Virus record (IMG/VR): IMGVR_UViG_3300048080_000233
Span: 1 to 45,963 of that record
Strand: one strand, 5' to 3'
Length of the DNA: 45,963 nucleotides
Source of the DNA: a virus
Taxonomy: Duplodnaviria; Caudoviricetes
Shown: piece after piece, positions 34,535-41,905 of the stretch
Numbering within the stretch: the first letter of the stretch is position 1
Layout: each line of letters starts with the position of its first letter
The notes under the pieces: model-generated
What the model saw: the letters and a program-made list of their open reading frames with translations, nothing else
Database searches by the model: none
What the model was told of the DNA's origin: nothing
Translations under genes and position numbers: made by a program

Positions 34535-35920
34535 GTGTACCCTGTGAAGCAATCTACTAGTCTAGCAGTATCCGTATTCGGATTTGACGCGAATGGAGAT
34601 GGCGTTACGGGCATAATCGACGGTTCCTGGACGAAGCGGATCAGCAAGAACGGCGCCGCCTTTGCGGCCATGACGGTGACGATTACCGAGATGGAGAATG
34701 GTTGGTATTCCCTCACGCTCTCGACTGCCCACACCGACACGCTTGGCATCCTCTCGCTGAGCTTCTCGGCGGCCGGGGTGAAGCGTGTCAACCTCCAATA
34801 TCGCGTCCATGCGCGCGTGCTGGACGATCTCGCCTTCCCAACCACGACCGGTCGCTCCATGGACACAGACGTCCTGGGCGGGATAGAGGTCGGTTCGTTC
34901 CAGGGCGGCGCCATCACGGCCGCGGCTTTCACCGCCGGGGCCATTGACGCGGCCGCGATCGCCGACGCTGCCATCGACGCCGCGACCTTTGCGACAGGCG
35001 CCATTAGTGCCACGGCCATTGCCACGGATGCTATCGGGGCCCTGGAGTTTTCTCAGGGGGCCGCTGACAAGATCTGGGCCAGTGCGACGCGGACGCTGTC
35101 CACGGGCGCTATCGTGGCCGCGACCTTCGGGGCAGGCGCGATTGACGCGGCCGCGATTGCCACGGACGCCATCGGAGCCGCGGAGTTCAGCCAGGCCGCG
35201 GCGGATAAGATCTGGGCTTCGACCACCCGCACGCTCTCGACCGGAGCCATCGTTGCGGCGACGTTCGGGGCCGGGGCCATCGACGCCGCGGCGATTGCGA
35301 CGGACGCGATTGGCGCGGCCGAATTCTCCCAGGCCGCTGCTGATAAAGTGTGGGCGTCAACGACCCGGACACTCTCGACGGGTGCGATTACCACCACCAC
35401 CTTTGCCGCGGGCGCCATCAATGCGGCCGCGATCGCGGATGGGGCGATTGACGCCGCGACCTTTGCCGCGGGGGCCATTGACGCGGCGGCCCTGGCGGCT
35501 GACGCGGGCACCGAGATCGGGACCGCTGTCTGGGCCTCGGCAACCAGGACCCTGACAGCGTTCAGTTTCTCGGTGACGGTCGGGACCAACAGCGACAAGA
35601 CGGGCTACAGCCTCCTCGCCGGCTCGATTGCGGCGGCGACGTTTGCTGCGGGAGCGATCGACGCCAACGCCCTGGCGGCTGATGCTGCGGCCGAGATCCG
35701 GGATTCCGTGTGGGCCAAGGCGATGACGGAATTGGCCGCAGTCCCTGGGGTGACGGGGACTGTGCTGAATGCGCTCGAGTGGTGCTTTTTGCTGAGCCGC
35801 AACAAACGGCTCACCACAGCCAGTACCGAGACCCTGCGCAACGGGGCCGACACCCTCAATCTCGCCACGGCAAACGTCGCGGACGACGCCGTGACCTTTA
35901 CCCGGAATCTCTGGACATAA
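34535..35920 (+). CDS. Fibre-like protein B with Ala-rich 10/46-aa repeats
   Basis: GAIDAAAIA/GAIVAATFG repeats; N- and C-termini paralogous to 32322-34295. Confidence 0.8.
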   Translation: MYPVKQSTSLAVSVFGFDANGDGVTGIIDGSWTKRISKNGAAFAAMTVTITEMENGWYSLTLSTAHTDTLGILSLSFSAAGVKRVNLQYRVHARVLDDLAFPTTTGRSMDTDVLGGIEVGSFQGGAITAAAFTAGAIDAAAIADAAIDAATFATGAISATAIATDAIGALEFSQGAADKIWASATRTLSTGAIVAATFGAGAIDAAAIATDAIGAAEFSQAAADKIWASTTRTLSTGAIVAATFGAGAIDAAAIATDAIGAAEFSQAAADKVWASTTRTLSTGAITTTTFAAGAINAAAIADGAIDAATFAAGAIDAAALAADAGTEIGTAVWASATRTLTAFSFSVTVGTNSDKTGYSLLAGSIAAATFAAGAIDANALAADAAAEIRDSVWAKAMTELAAVPGVTGTVLNALEWCFLLSRNKRLTTASTETLRNGADTLNLATANVADDAVTFTRNLWT

Positions 35921-35922
35921 CC

Positions 35923-36165
35923 ATGGCGATTGACAGTCCAGCCAAGCGAGCCTCGGTCCAAGCCTATTCGGGCCGAGACTCCGCCCTGTGCGCCCGGTTG
36001 GATGGTATCTCCGGCATCAACGCCGGCGATAGATCCCACATAACTTCCCGATATCGCGGCATCGCGGCCGGGCTGGCGGTGCCGCTCATCGTGGGACCGC
36101 TGTTCCTGACGGCCGGCCAGATTTTCCTCATGGGACCCTCTAGGGGGCAAATTGTGCAAGTATGA
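35923..36165 (+). CDS. Small partner protein b
   Basis: MAIDSPAKRAS...DRSHITSRYRGI. Confidence 0.65.
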   Translation: MAIDSPAKRASVQAYSGRDSALCARLDGISGINAGDRSHITSRYRGIAAGLAVPLIVGPLFLTAGQIFLMGPSRGQIVQV

Positions 36166-36581
36166 GCGCCAAGACGACCATCTATGGGACCTGGAACGAG
36201 GATGGGACCGCCACCATCCAGGGGCGGGTCATTGCTCGCGACGGCACTGGCGCCCCCGTGGCGGGCGAGGGCAGGGCCGTCAAGCAGGCCGACCTCAGTA
36301 CGGTCACGATCAAGGTCTTCAATATCTCGGCTGACCCGCCGACCGAAAGCTACACGGCCACGCTGACGATTGCCAGCGTGATCTTCGATTCGCTCCAGAC
36401 GGATGCCACCTGGGTGCCTGGGGTGGACAGTACCGGATTCAATTTCTCCGTAGATATCCCAGCGAGCGCCTTCCCGACCGGCGACCAGAAATATCGCGCC
36501 GAGGTCAAGTACACGACCACGGGCGGCTCGGTCGGCTGGGGCCGGTGGCAGGGGTTGGCGGTTGGCGTGGCCACCTCCTAA
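36162..36581 (+). CDS. Ig-like/beta-rich structural protein
   Basis: VIFDSLQTDATW...GFNF...AFPTGDQKYRAEVKYT. Confidence 0.7.
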   Translation: MSAKTTIYGTWNEDGTATIQGRVIARDGTGAPVAGEGRAVKQADLSTVTIKVFNISADPPTESYTATLTIASVIFDSLQTDATWVPGVDSTGFNFSVDIPASAFPTGDQKYRAEVKYTTTGGSVGWGRWQGLAVGVATS

Positions 36582-36590
36582 GATACTCTC

Positions 36591-37178
36591 ATGAGCACCG
36601 CGCGCACATGCAAGCTTGGACGATTGGTCCGTGGCCCCTCGGGTCGCTACTGCTGCCGCTGGTGCTCGTGCGAGGTTCAGCCTCCGCGGCGGACGTTCTG
36701 CTCGGCTCAGTGCGTCCACGAGTTTATGGTGCGGCGCGATCCTGGGTATCTGCGGCGGTGCGTGGCCAATCGCGATCACGGGGTCTGTGCGCTCTGTGGG
36801 CTCGACACCGAGGGCCTGCTGAAACGGCTCGTGGAGCGGCGGAAGGTATTCGACCGGCGCCACCAGGTCCATTGTGCCAGACGAGCCAGCCAGGGCATTT
36901 ATCGTTCCCACAGGTACACCAGCAGGTTCAGTTTCCACCGACTCGTGGAACGGGTAGGGGGCAAGGTCCTGCGAGGTCGTCTGTGGAACGGCGGCGGTCT
37001 CTGGGACGCGGATCACATCGTTCCCGTCGTCCAGGGTGGAGGGGAGTGCGGACTGGAAGGCATCAGGACCGTTTGTATTTTTTGTCATCAACGTCTTACT
37101 ACTGAATTAGCTCGCGAGCGTGCATTGGCCCGCCGCGATCCCGAGCAGGACCGGCTACCGCTATTCGAGCTGACGTGA
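36591..37178 (+). CDS. HNH endonuclease with Zn finger
   Basis: CRWC...FCSAQC; RDHGVCALCG; WDADHIVPVVQGGG...CIFCH. Confidence 0.88.
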   Translation: MSTARTCKLGRLVRGPSGRYCCRWCSCEVQPPRRTFCSAQCVHEFMVRRDPGYLRRCVANRDHGVCALCGLDTEGLLKRLVERRKVFDRRHQVHCARRASQGIYRSHRYTSRFSFHRLVERVGGKVLRGRLWNGGGLWDADHIVPVVQGGGECGLEGIRTVCIFCHQRLTTELARERALARRDPEQDRLPLFELT

Positions 37179-37258
37179 TCAGGTGTCCAGGCGCGTCACA
37201 TCTTAACGCGCGGCGGGAAGAATTCCATCGAAATTTGATTCCCACGGCTACAATCATC

Positions 37259-37287
37259 TTGATTTCCACGGTGCAACAAGCTATACT
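37259..37287 (+). promoter_or_regulatory. Early promoter P1
   Basis: TTGATT-17-TATACT; TTGATTYCCACGG direct repeat at 37235 and 37259. Confidence 0.65.
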
Positions 37288-37336
37288 GCTCTTAGTGGTG
37301 ATAACGAGGACCCTGACAGGAGACGACGATGACGAC
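37281..37336 (+). repeat. Promoter-leader repeat copy 1
   Basis: 56 bp, 6 mismatches vs 39783-39838. Confidence 0.9.
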
Positions 37337-37610
37337 AGCCATCAGAAATGAACCTCGCGAAGAAATCGAAGCGTACATGGACGCCGCCAATTTCGGTAAA
37401 CGCCTGGCGCGAGCAGGCGTTTCGGAAGAGGTTTTTCGACGCGCGGTTTCTGCAATGTTCACGGCCCATCCGGCTGTTGATCCGTGGTGGAAGGAGATTT
37501 TGGGCACGGCGAGTATCTCTCCGTCTATGCGGTCGGCTCGCTATGTCGCGGCGGTCTACCACTGGAGCAAGTCGCCGAATTTTCAGCCGAGTGCGGTCAA
37601 TTGGTCGTAA
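37329..37610 (+). CDS. Early hypothetical protein
   Basis: ATG within the repeated CAGGAGACGACGATG leader. Confidence 0.7.
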   Translation: MTTAIRNEPREEIEAYMDAANFGKRLARAGVSEEVFRRAVSAMFTAHPAVDPWWKEILGTASISPSMRSARYVAAVYHWSKSPNFQPSAVNWS

Positions 37611-37631
37611 AGCGAGGAAAGTCGTGAAGCC

Positions 37632-37694
37632 AACCCCGCCACGGTGGCCGACGCCCCGGGGCATGACGAGGACCCTGACAGGAGACGGACGATG
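37632..37694 (+). repeat. 63-bp hairpin plus leader repeat, copy 1
   Basis: One mismatch vs 38017-38079. Confidence 0.95.
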
Positions 37695-38000
37695 ACGACC
37701 GAACGAGACCCCTCTTTGGCTGGCTGGCTCATTATGCGACCGAGCGAAGGTGGTGGCAATCGCCCGCTCTACCCGAGTGTTACCGGTCAGGAGTGGACGG
37801 ACCAGGCTGGCCTCCAGCATGCGGCCTACACCACCGAAGAAATCGCCAGGACCGCGGCCGATTGCCTGGCGTCCCTGGAACGTGACTACTGGAGGCGCCG
37901 ACCGTGGGATACCCCCTATTATTACTTCCAGCGCTTGTCGATCAGTTTCTGGGACGGATCGTATCAGAGCCGTCCAGGATCTCTGTCCTCGCTGGGTTAA
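37692..38000 (+). CDS. Early hypothetical protein
   Basis: ATG ends the repeat; AGGAG SD. Confidence 0.65.
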   Translation: MTTERDPSLAGWLIMRPSEGGGNRPLYPSVTGQEWTDQAGLQHAAYTTEEIARTAADCLASLERDYWRRRPWDTPYYYFQRLSISFWDGSYQSRPGSLSSLG

Positions 38001-38016
38001 TTCATGAAGACTCCCA

Positions 38017-38079
38017 AACCCCGCCACGGTGGCCGACGCCCCGGGGCATGACGAGGACCCTGACAGGAGATGGACGATG
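38017..38079 (+). repeat. 63-bp hairpin plus leader repeat, copy 2
   Basis: One mismatch vs 37632-37694. Confidence 0.95.
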
Positions 38080-38343
38080 CAGGCTTACATGACCGTTGCA
38101 GAGTTCCAGCACGTTCTCGGCATAGACGCTACGATTGCTCGTGCTCTCGGGGACCACGAGCCGATGGGCCTCTCTGAACGAGAAGGCAAGCGCACCTGCT
38201 CGGTCTATCTGGACCGTGCTCGTGTCAACGGGCTGATCTGGGGATCTCCCAAGATCCTGCTTGCGGCTGCTCGCAGCGCAGAGCGATCCCTCACCATTCA
38301 CCAGCACGACGCCAACGGTTTCGGCCCAACGTACAGGAGTTGA
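38077..38343 (+). CDS. Early hypothetical protein
   Basis: ATG ends the repeat; AGGAG SD. Confidence 0.65.
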   Translation: MQAYMTVAEFQHVLGIDATIARALGDHEPMGLSEREGKRTCSVYLDRARVNGLIWGSPKILLAAARSAERSLTIHQHDANGFGPTYRS

Positions 38344-38352
38344 TCCAGCACG

Positions 38353-38547
38353 ATGAAGACACAGCCCAAGCCCCGCCCCGGTGGCCGCCGCCCTGGGGCC
38401 GGCCGCCCGCCGGCCGACCCCTTGGGGGCGCGCCGCAAGATCACGATCTACCTGTCGCCGGCGGAGTTGGCGCACTGCCTCGCTCATGGCGGCAGCGCCC
38501 CGGCCTGGATCAGGCAGTTGCTGGCGACCAGCATCGACCAGGGCTGA
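38353..38547 (+). CDS. Small DNA-binding protein (GGRRPGAGRP motif plus RHH-like)
   Basis: GGRRPGAGRPP...RKITIYLSPAE...AWIRQLL. Confidence 0.65.
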   Translation: MKTQPKPRPGGRRPGAGRPPADPLGARRKITIYLSPAELAHCLAHGGSAPAWIRQLLATSIDQG

Positions 38548-38566
38548 CACCACCAAGGAGACTCCC

Positions 38567-38749
38567 ATGTCAATGTATCCCCCCGGCTGGTCGCGCTGCC
38601 CTGTCTGCGGCGATTACGCGCTCGATGGCCACCTCACCTGCGGCCGCGTCGAGTGCGACGAGCGGGGCTGTCGCGATCGACGTTGCGAGGACTGGCGGCG
38701 CCACCAGTCCTCTGAGGATCACGACGACGATGGCTCGGGAGAAAAATGA
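38567..38749 (+). CDS. Small Zn-finger protein
   Basis: AAGGAG SD; CPVC...TCGRVEC. Confidence 0.6.
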   Translation: MSMYPPGWSRCPVCGDYALDGHLTCGRVECDERGCRDRRCEDWRRHQSSEDHDDDGSGEK

Positions 38750-38844
38750 TCTGACAGAACTTTTCTGAAAATTCCCACTCCCGTCCCTGGATTGATCCCT
38801 CATCCTGGTCTACACTGCCCCTTGGTCGCTTGATCGATAGCGTC

Positions 38845-39144
38845 ATGGAGGGTAGTCGGTTGGGTCGCCGCATTTTCATCCCACCTCTGATCTGCGGCAT
38901 GCAGGCCGTGCGCCGTTGGAGGCGCGACGGCTCGCAGAATCTCATGGGACTCAATGCTGCGGTGGGTGCGGCGATGTTCGCCCACCGCTGGAATCGCGCG
39001 AAAGCTCTCGACGTGCTGCTCTCGGGGATCGTGGTCGGAACACCCCTGGCTGAGATTTGGGCTGTGCCGCTGTGCAGCCAGTGTGGACAGGATCTGGTGG
39101 ATTCCAGGGAGCCGCTGCTGGACGACCGCGGGGGTGCTTCATGA
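38845..39144 (+). CDS. Hypothetical protein
   Basis: C-terminal CSQC; ATGA coupling to the next gene. Confidence 0.45.
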   Translation: MEGSRLGRRIFIPPLICGMQAVRRWRRDGSQNLMGLNAAVGAAMFAHRWNRAKALDVLLSGIVVGTPLAEIWAVPLCSQCGQDLVDSREPLLDDRGGAS

Positions 39145-39440
39145 CGGTTCTCCACACGGGGGTGTGCCGGCGCTGCGGACGTGACGGCGAGATACGGTCC
39201 CATGATCTATGTGGGAGGTGCCACTATCAGGAGTGGGTCACACGCAAGGACTTCTGCGGATGTCCCCCCCGGCCGCCACATCCTTGTTTGGAGCTGCCGG
39301 GGACCCCGGCGAAGATCCAGTGCCTGGCCGAGCGCGCCGCAGCCCGGCAAGCGCTCTGGCACCCAGGGGACCTGCGGCGCTGGCAACTCCCGGAGCCACC
39401 CTGGAGTCAGCGTCCTGATGAGGTGGAGGTGGAGAAATGA
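39141..39440 (+). CDS. Zn-finger protein with PGTPAKI...RA...LWHPGD motif
   Basis: CRRC...LCGRCH; C-terminal motif recalled from planctomycete proteins. Confidence 0.65.
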   Translation: MTVLHTGVCRRCGRDGEIRSHDLCGRCHYQEWVTRKDFCGCPPRPPHPCLELPGTPAKIQCLAERAAARQALWHPGDLRRWQLPEPPWSQRPDEVEVEK

Positions 39441-39520
39441 CCATGGGGATGAGACCAGCACAGCACACCGGGAGCGTCCAGATCGACTGCGATCGCTACC
39501 GCTGTTCCAGCTGATTGAAC

Positions 39521-39562
39521 TTGCCGCGGCCTTCTCTGCGCGGTATACTCTGTCTACAGAGT
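39521..39562 (+). promoter_or_regulatory. RHH gene promoter with operator O1
   Basis: TTGCCG-17-TATACT; ACTCTGT-CT-ACAGAGT at 39547-39562. Confidence 0.65.
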
Positions 39563-39586
39563 TGACCCCACGCAGGTGACCGACCT

Positions 39587-39757
39587 ATGTTTCAATCTGT
39601 TGCCGATCCCGAACGTCCCAAACTGATACCCGTCCGCCTGGGACTGTCGTCCGAGCAGCACGCCCGATTGCGTGTCCTGGCCGCACGCCATGGATTACCC
39701 ATGTCTCAATACGTGCGCCGGCTGGTGGAAAAAAATCTGGAAAAATCCGGGGACTAG
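39587..39757 (+). CDS. Ribbon-helix-helix (Arc/CopG-like) regulator, 56 aa, not in ORF track
   Basis: MFQSVADPERPKLIPVRLGLSSEQHARLRVLAARHGLPMSQYVRRLVEKNLEKSGD. Confidence 0.75.
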   Translation: MFQSVADPERPKLIPVRLGLSSEQHARLRVLAARHGLPMSQYVRRLVEKNLEKSGD

Positions 39758-39760
39758 CTG

Positions 39761-39789
39761 TTGACACTGTATACAGTGTAGTCTATACT
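39761..39789 (+). promoter_or_regulatory. Strong early promoter P2 with operator O2
   Basis: TTGACA-17-TATACT, A-tracts upstream; perfect palindrome ACACTGTATACAGTGT at 39764-39779. Confidence 0.8.
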
Positions 39790-39838
39790 CTCCTTAGTGG
39801 TGATGACGAGGACCTTGACAGGAGACGACCATGACGAC
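39783..39838 (+). repeat. Promoter-leader repeat copy 2
   Basis: Matches 37281-37336. Confidence 0.9.
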
Positions 39839-40016
39839 CATGACGACCATGACGAACAACGCTAGGATCATGAGGAAAGCCGATGCACTCTGCAAAATCA
39901 TCCAGCGCGCGCGCCAGGAAATCCTCCACCCCAAGGCCGTCAATCCGTATGTACGATTTGCAAAAGCTCTCGTTTTGCAACAGCGCGCGGTTGCCTCGCC
40001 GGGTATGGATCGGTGA
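39831..40016 (+). CDS. Early hypothetical protein
   Basis: Leader repeat; MTTMTTMT from a 9-bp tandem repeat. Confidence 0.6.
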   Translation: MTTMTTMTNNARIMRKADALCKIIQRARQEILHPKAVNPYVRFAKALVLQQRAVASPGMDR

Positions 40017-40032
40017 GCAACTTTGTGAATGG

Positions 40033-40074
40033 GTCGGCCTCGGCTGGATCGTGATTGATCCAGCCGAGGCCGAC
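40033..40074. repeat. Perfect 18-bp inverted repeat
   Basis: GTCGGCCTCGGCTGGATC-GTGATT-GATCCAGCCGAGGCCGAC. Confidence 0.9.
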
Positions 40075-40116
40075 GGCACAGAACCGGTGGTAGAAATGAA
40101 CTGACAGGAGACGACC

Positions 40117-40320
40117 ATGACCGCGACGACGACACGAGCCACCCGGACGGAGGTGATCGAGACGCAGCTGCTGCACGATCTGCTGCGCGCCGTGGACGCG
40201 GCCCTGCTGTGGAACGAGATGCCGAATGACTTGACTCTTCAGATGCACCGGCAGGAGCTGTGGGAGGCCAAGGAGGCGATCCAGGCGGCCAGGCTGCGGC
40301 GGATCGCGGCGGCGAAGTGA
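40117..40320 (+). CDS. Early hypothetical protein
   Basis: Preceded by CTGACAGGAGACGACC. Confidence 0.65.
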   Translation: MTATTTRATRTEVIETQLLHDLLRAVDAALLWNEMPNDLTLQMHRQELWEAKEAIQAARLRRIAAAK

Positions 40321-40369
40321 CCGGTGACGACGATGCCCGGGTGGGCGCCCACGCGCCCGGGCAGGAGGG

Positions 40370-40804
40370 ATGACGATGATGGACCCACGGAGTCTGTATT
40401 TCGTGCGCTGTGACGGCGAGGGGTGCGAAGCGGTAGCGTCGGCGGAGCCGCTCCCGTACGAGTACGCGCTCCGGGTCGCTGGCGACCAGGGCTGGAATCT
40501 GACCCAGGTCCACGGCGGGGACGACCTGTGTCCGGCATGCCAGAAGGGGAGGGACGAGCAGTACGAGCAGAATGAGCGGGATCGGAAAAAGTCTATGGAG
40601 TGGAAAGTGGGAGACCTAGTTTGGGCGCGGCGCGGGCGCGGTTGGGCGGCAGGCCTCATTCAGCGGGTTAGTGAGCGCGGGACCGACATTCAATTCGATA
40701 TGGGTGGAGTCGTGTTCCGGGCGTTCCGAGAGATCCGAACTCGTGATCTTGGGCTGAATGGTACGGACAAACCGAAGCTCCCTGGATACGAGGCGATGGA
40801 CTAA
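40370..40804 (+). CDS. Zn-binding plus SH3/Tudor-like hypothetical protein
   Basis: CDGEGC...CPAC; WKVGDLVWARR...W.AGLI. Confidence 0.6.
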   Translation: MTMMDPRSLYFVRCDGEGCEAVASAEPLPYEYALRVAGDQGWNLTQVHGGDDLCPACQKGRDEQYEQNERDRKKSMEWKVGDLVWARRGRGWAAGLIQRVSERGTDIQFDMGGVVFRAFREIRTRDLGLNGTDKPKLPGYEAMD

Positions 40805-40816
40805 AAGGAGGTCGAG

Positions 40817-41218
40817 ATGGAGTCTTGGCGATTATGCTGGCGGGAGGGGTTGGCCCCGCAGTTTCCCACGGCTGGCCTGGAGGCCCTGCGGGACGCGCTG
40901 GAGCAAAACGATCCGATGTTGATCCAGGGCGCAACGACCAACCCACCGCCAATGATTTGCGTTCAGAATTGGCCGGTAAAGGGCGCCTGCGTGATCGGCT
41001 ATTGTGGCTGGAAAGGGCTAGCTTTGGAGACGGTGGCAGAGGTGGAGGAATTCTTCGCTCGAGTATGCTTTGGCGCGGATCGGGCGCTGAGGGATCCTGC
41101 GGCGGTCCAATGGTTCCTCAACTGGGCGGATGATACTCCAAGGAGCGAAGTTCGACGACTTTTGTTCGACGAGGTGGAACGGACGTTGGCGATGCGATCC
41201 CTCACGATGGTGGCGTAA
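40817..41218 (+). CDS. Conserved hypothetical protein (planctomycete-type)
   Basis: MESWR..WREGLAP...LIQGATT.PPP...TVAEVEEFFAR...WFLNW.DDTPR; AAGGAGG SD. Confidence 0.75.
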   Translation: MESWRLCWREGLAPQFPTAGLEALRDALEQNDPMLIQGATTNPPPMICVQNWPVKGACVIGYCGWKGLALETVAEVEEFFARVCFGADRALRDPAAVQWFLNWADDTPRSEVRRLLFDEVERTLAMRSLTMVA

Positions 41219-41226
41219 AAATTGAA

Positions 41227-41258
41227 GGGGCTGCCCCGGTTGCCACCGGGGCAGCCCC
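41227..41258. repeat. Perfect 14-bp hairpin before an SD
   Basis: GGGGCTGCCCCGGT-TGCC-ACCGGGGCAGCCCC. Confidence 0.85.
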
Positions 41259-41276
41259 ACCCAAGGAGAAACACTC

Positions 41277-41567
41277 ATGCTGGCAGGTGCAGACAGATTA
41301 CCGGATGACGACGAGGAAATCAACCTCACCCGTGAGGGCTGGGACGTCGATGGTCTGGTCGAGGGCCTGGCTGCAGCGGCCCAGTACCACGAGCAGGTGG
41401 AGCGGGAGCAGCGTGATCTGCGCGACTGGGCGCGGCACACGCTGGAGCAGGGGGACGTCAGGTGCCAGTGCCGGGCTGGGTGGCGGTGCCTAAGATGCCG
41501 GGTGCATGCGATCGTGTACCCGGTGTCGGCGGTGAGGAAGTTTGAGATGGGAGAGGTGCCTTTTTGA
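41277..41567 (+). CDS. Hypothetical protein
   Basis: AAGGAG SD; CQC...CLRC; ends EVPF. Confidence 0.6.
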   Translation: MLAGADRLPDDDEEINLTREGWDVDGLVEGLAAAAQYHEQVEREQRDLRDWARHTLEQGDVRCQCRAGWRCLRCRVHAIVYPVSAVRKFEMGEVPF

Positions 41568-41574
41568 TCATGGG

Positions 41575-41674
41575 ATGGCTGAGGCGGGAATGGTATACCC
41601 CGGGCGCGCCAGCGCTGCTGAAGGGCCTGCCGTGCAGGCAGAACTTCGACCCCGTTCGATTCGGGGCAGTCATT
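41575..41674 (+). ncRNA. tRNA-like RNA without a canonical anticodon arm
   Basis: Acceptor ATGGCTG/CAGTCAT; D-loop GGGAATGGTATACCC; T-arm CCCCG-TTCGATT-CGGGG. Confidence 0.6.
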
Positions 41675-41725
41675 TGGAGGGATAGAGGTGGCTCATGAAA
41701 ACCAGCGAACCTCAAAGGAATACTG

Positions 41726-41905
41726 ATGCTTTGTCCTGAATGCCACGGTTCTGCCTGGCTCCCCTCGATCGACTCCCGTGGCCCGCGTCCCTGCGAGGAG
41801 TGTGGGCAGACGGGCGAGGTTTCTCGCTGCGCGTGCGAGTGCGGCCAGCCCAAGTCGATTTTGCACGAACCGGACGAGTGGTGGGATCTGGGCGGGGAGG
41901 GATGA
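41726..41905 (+). CDS. DnaJ-type Zn-finger small protein (59 aa)
   Basis: AAAGGA SD; CPECHGS...CEECGQTG; ATGA coupling. Confidence 0.6.
   Translation: MLCPECHGSAWLPSIDSRGPRPCEECGQTGEVSRCACECGQPKSILHEPDEWWDLGGEG

Noticed and set aside
37632-38079. Repeat-spacer-repeat pattern as a CRISPR array or integron attC sites
   Set aside because: Spacers are whole genes of ~300 bp, repeats contain SD and ATG, no cas or integrase gene, no GTTRRRY/RYYYAAC cores seen
39547-39779. CTGT...ACAG palindromes as LexA boxes
   Set aside because: Spacing is N2, not the N8 of the gammaproteobacterial SOS box; the adjacent RHH gene is a better explanation
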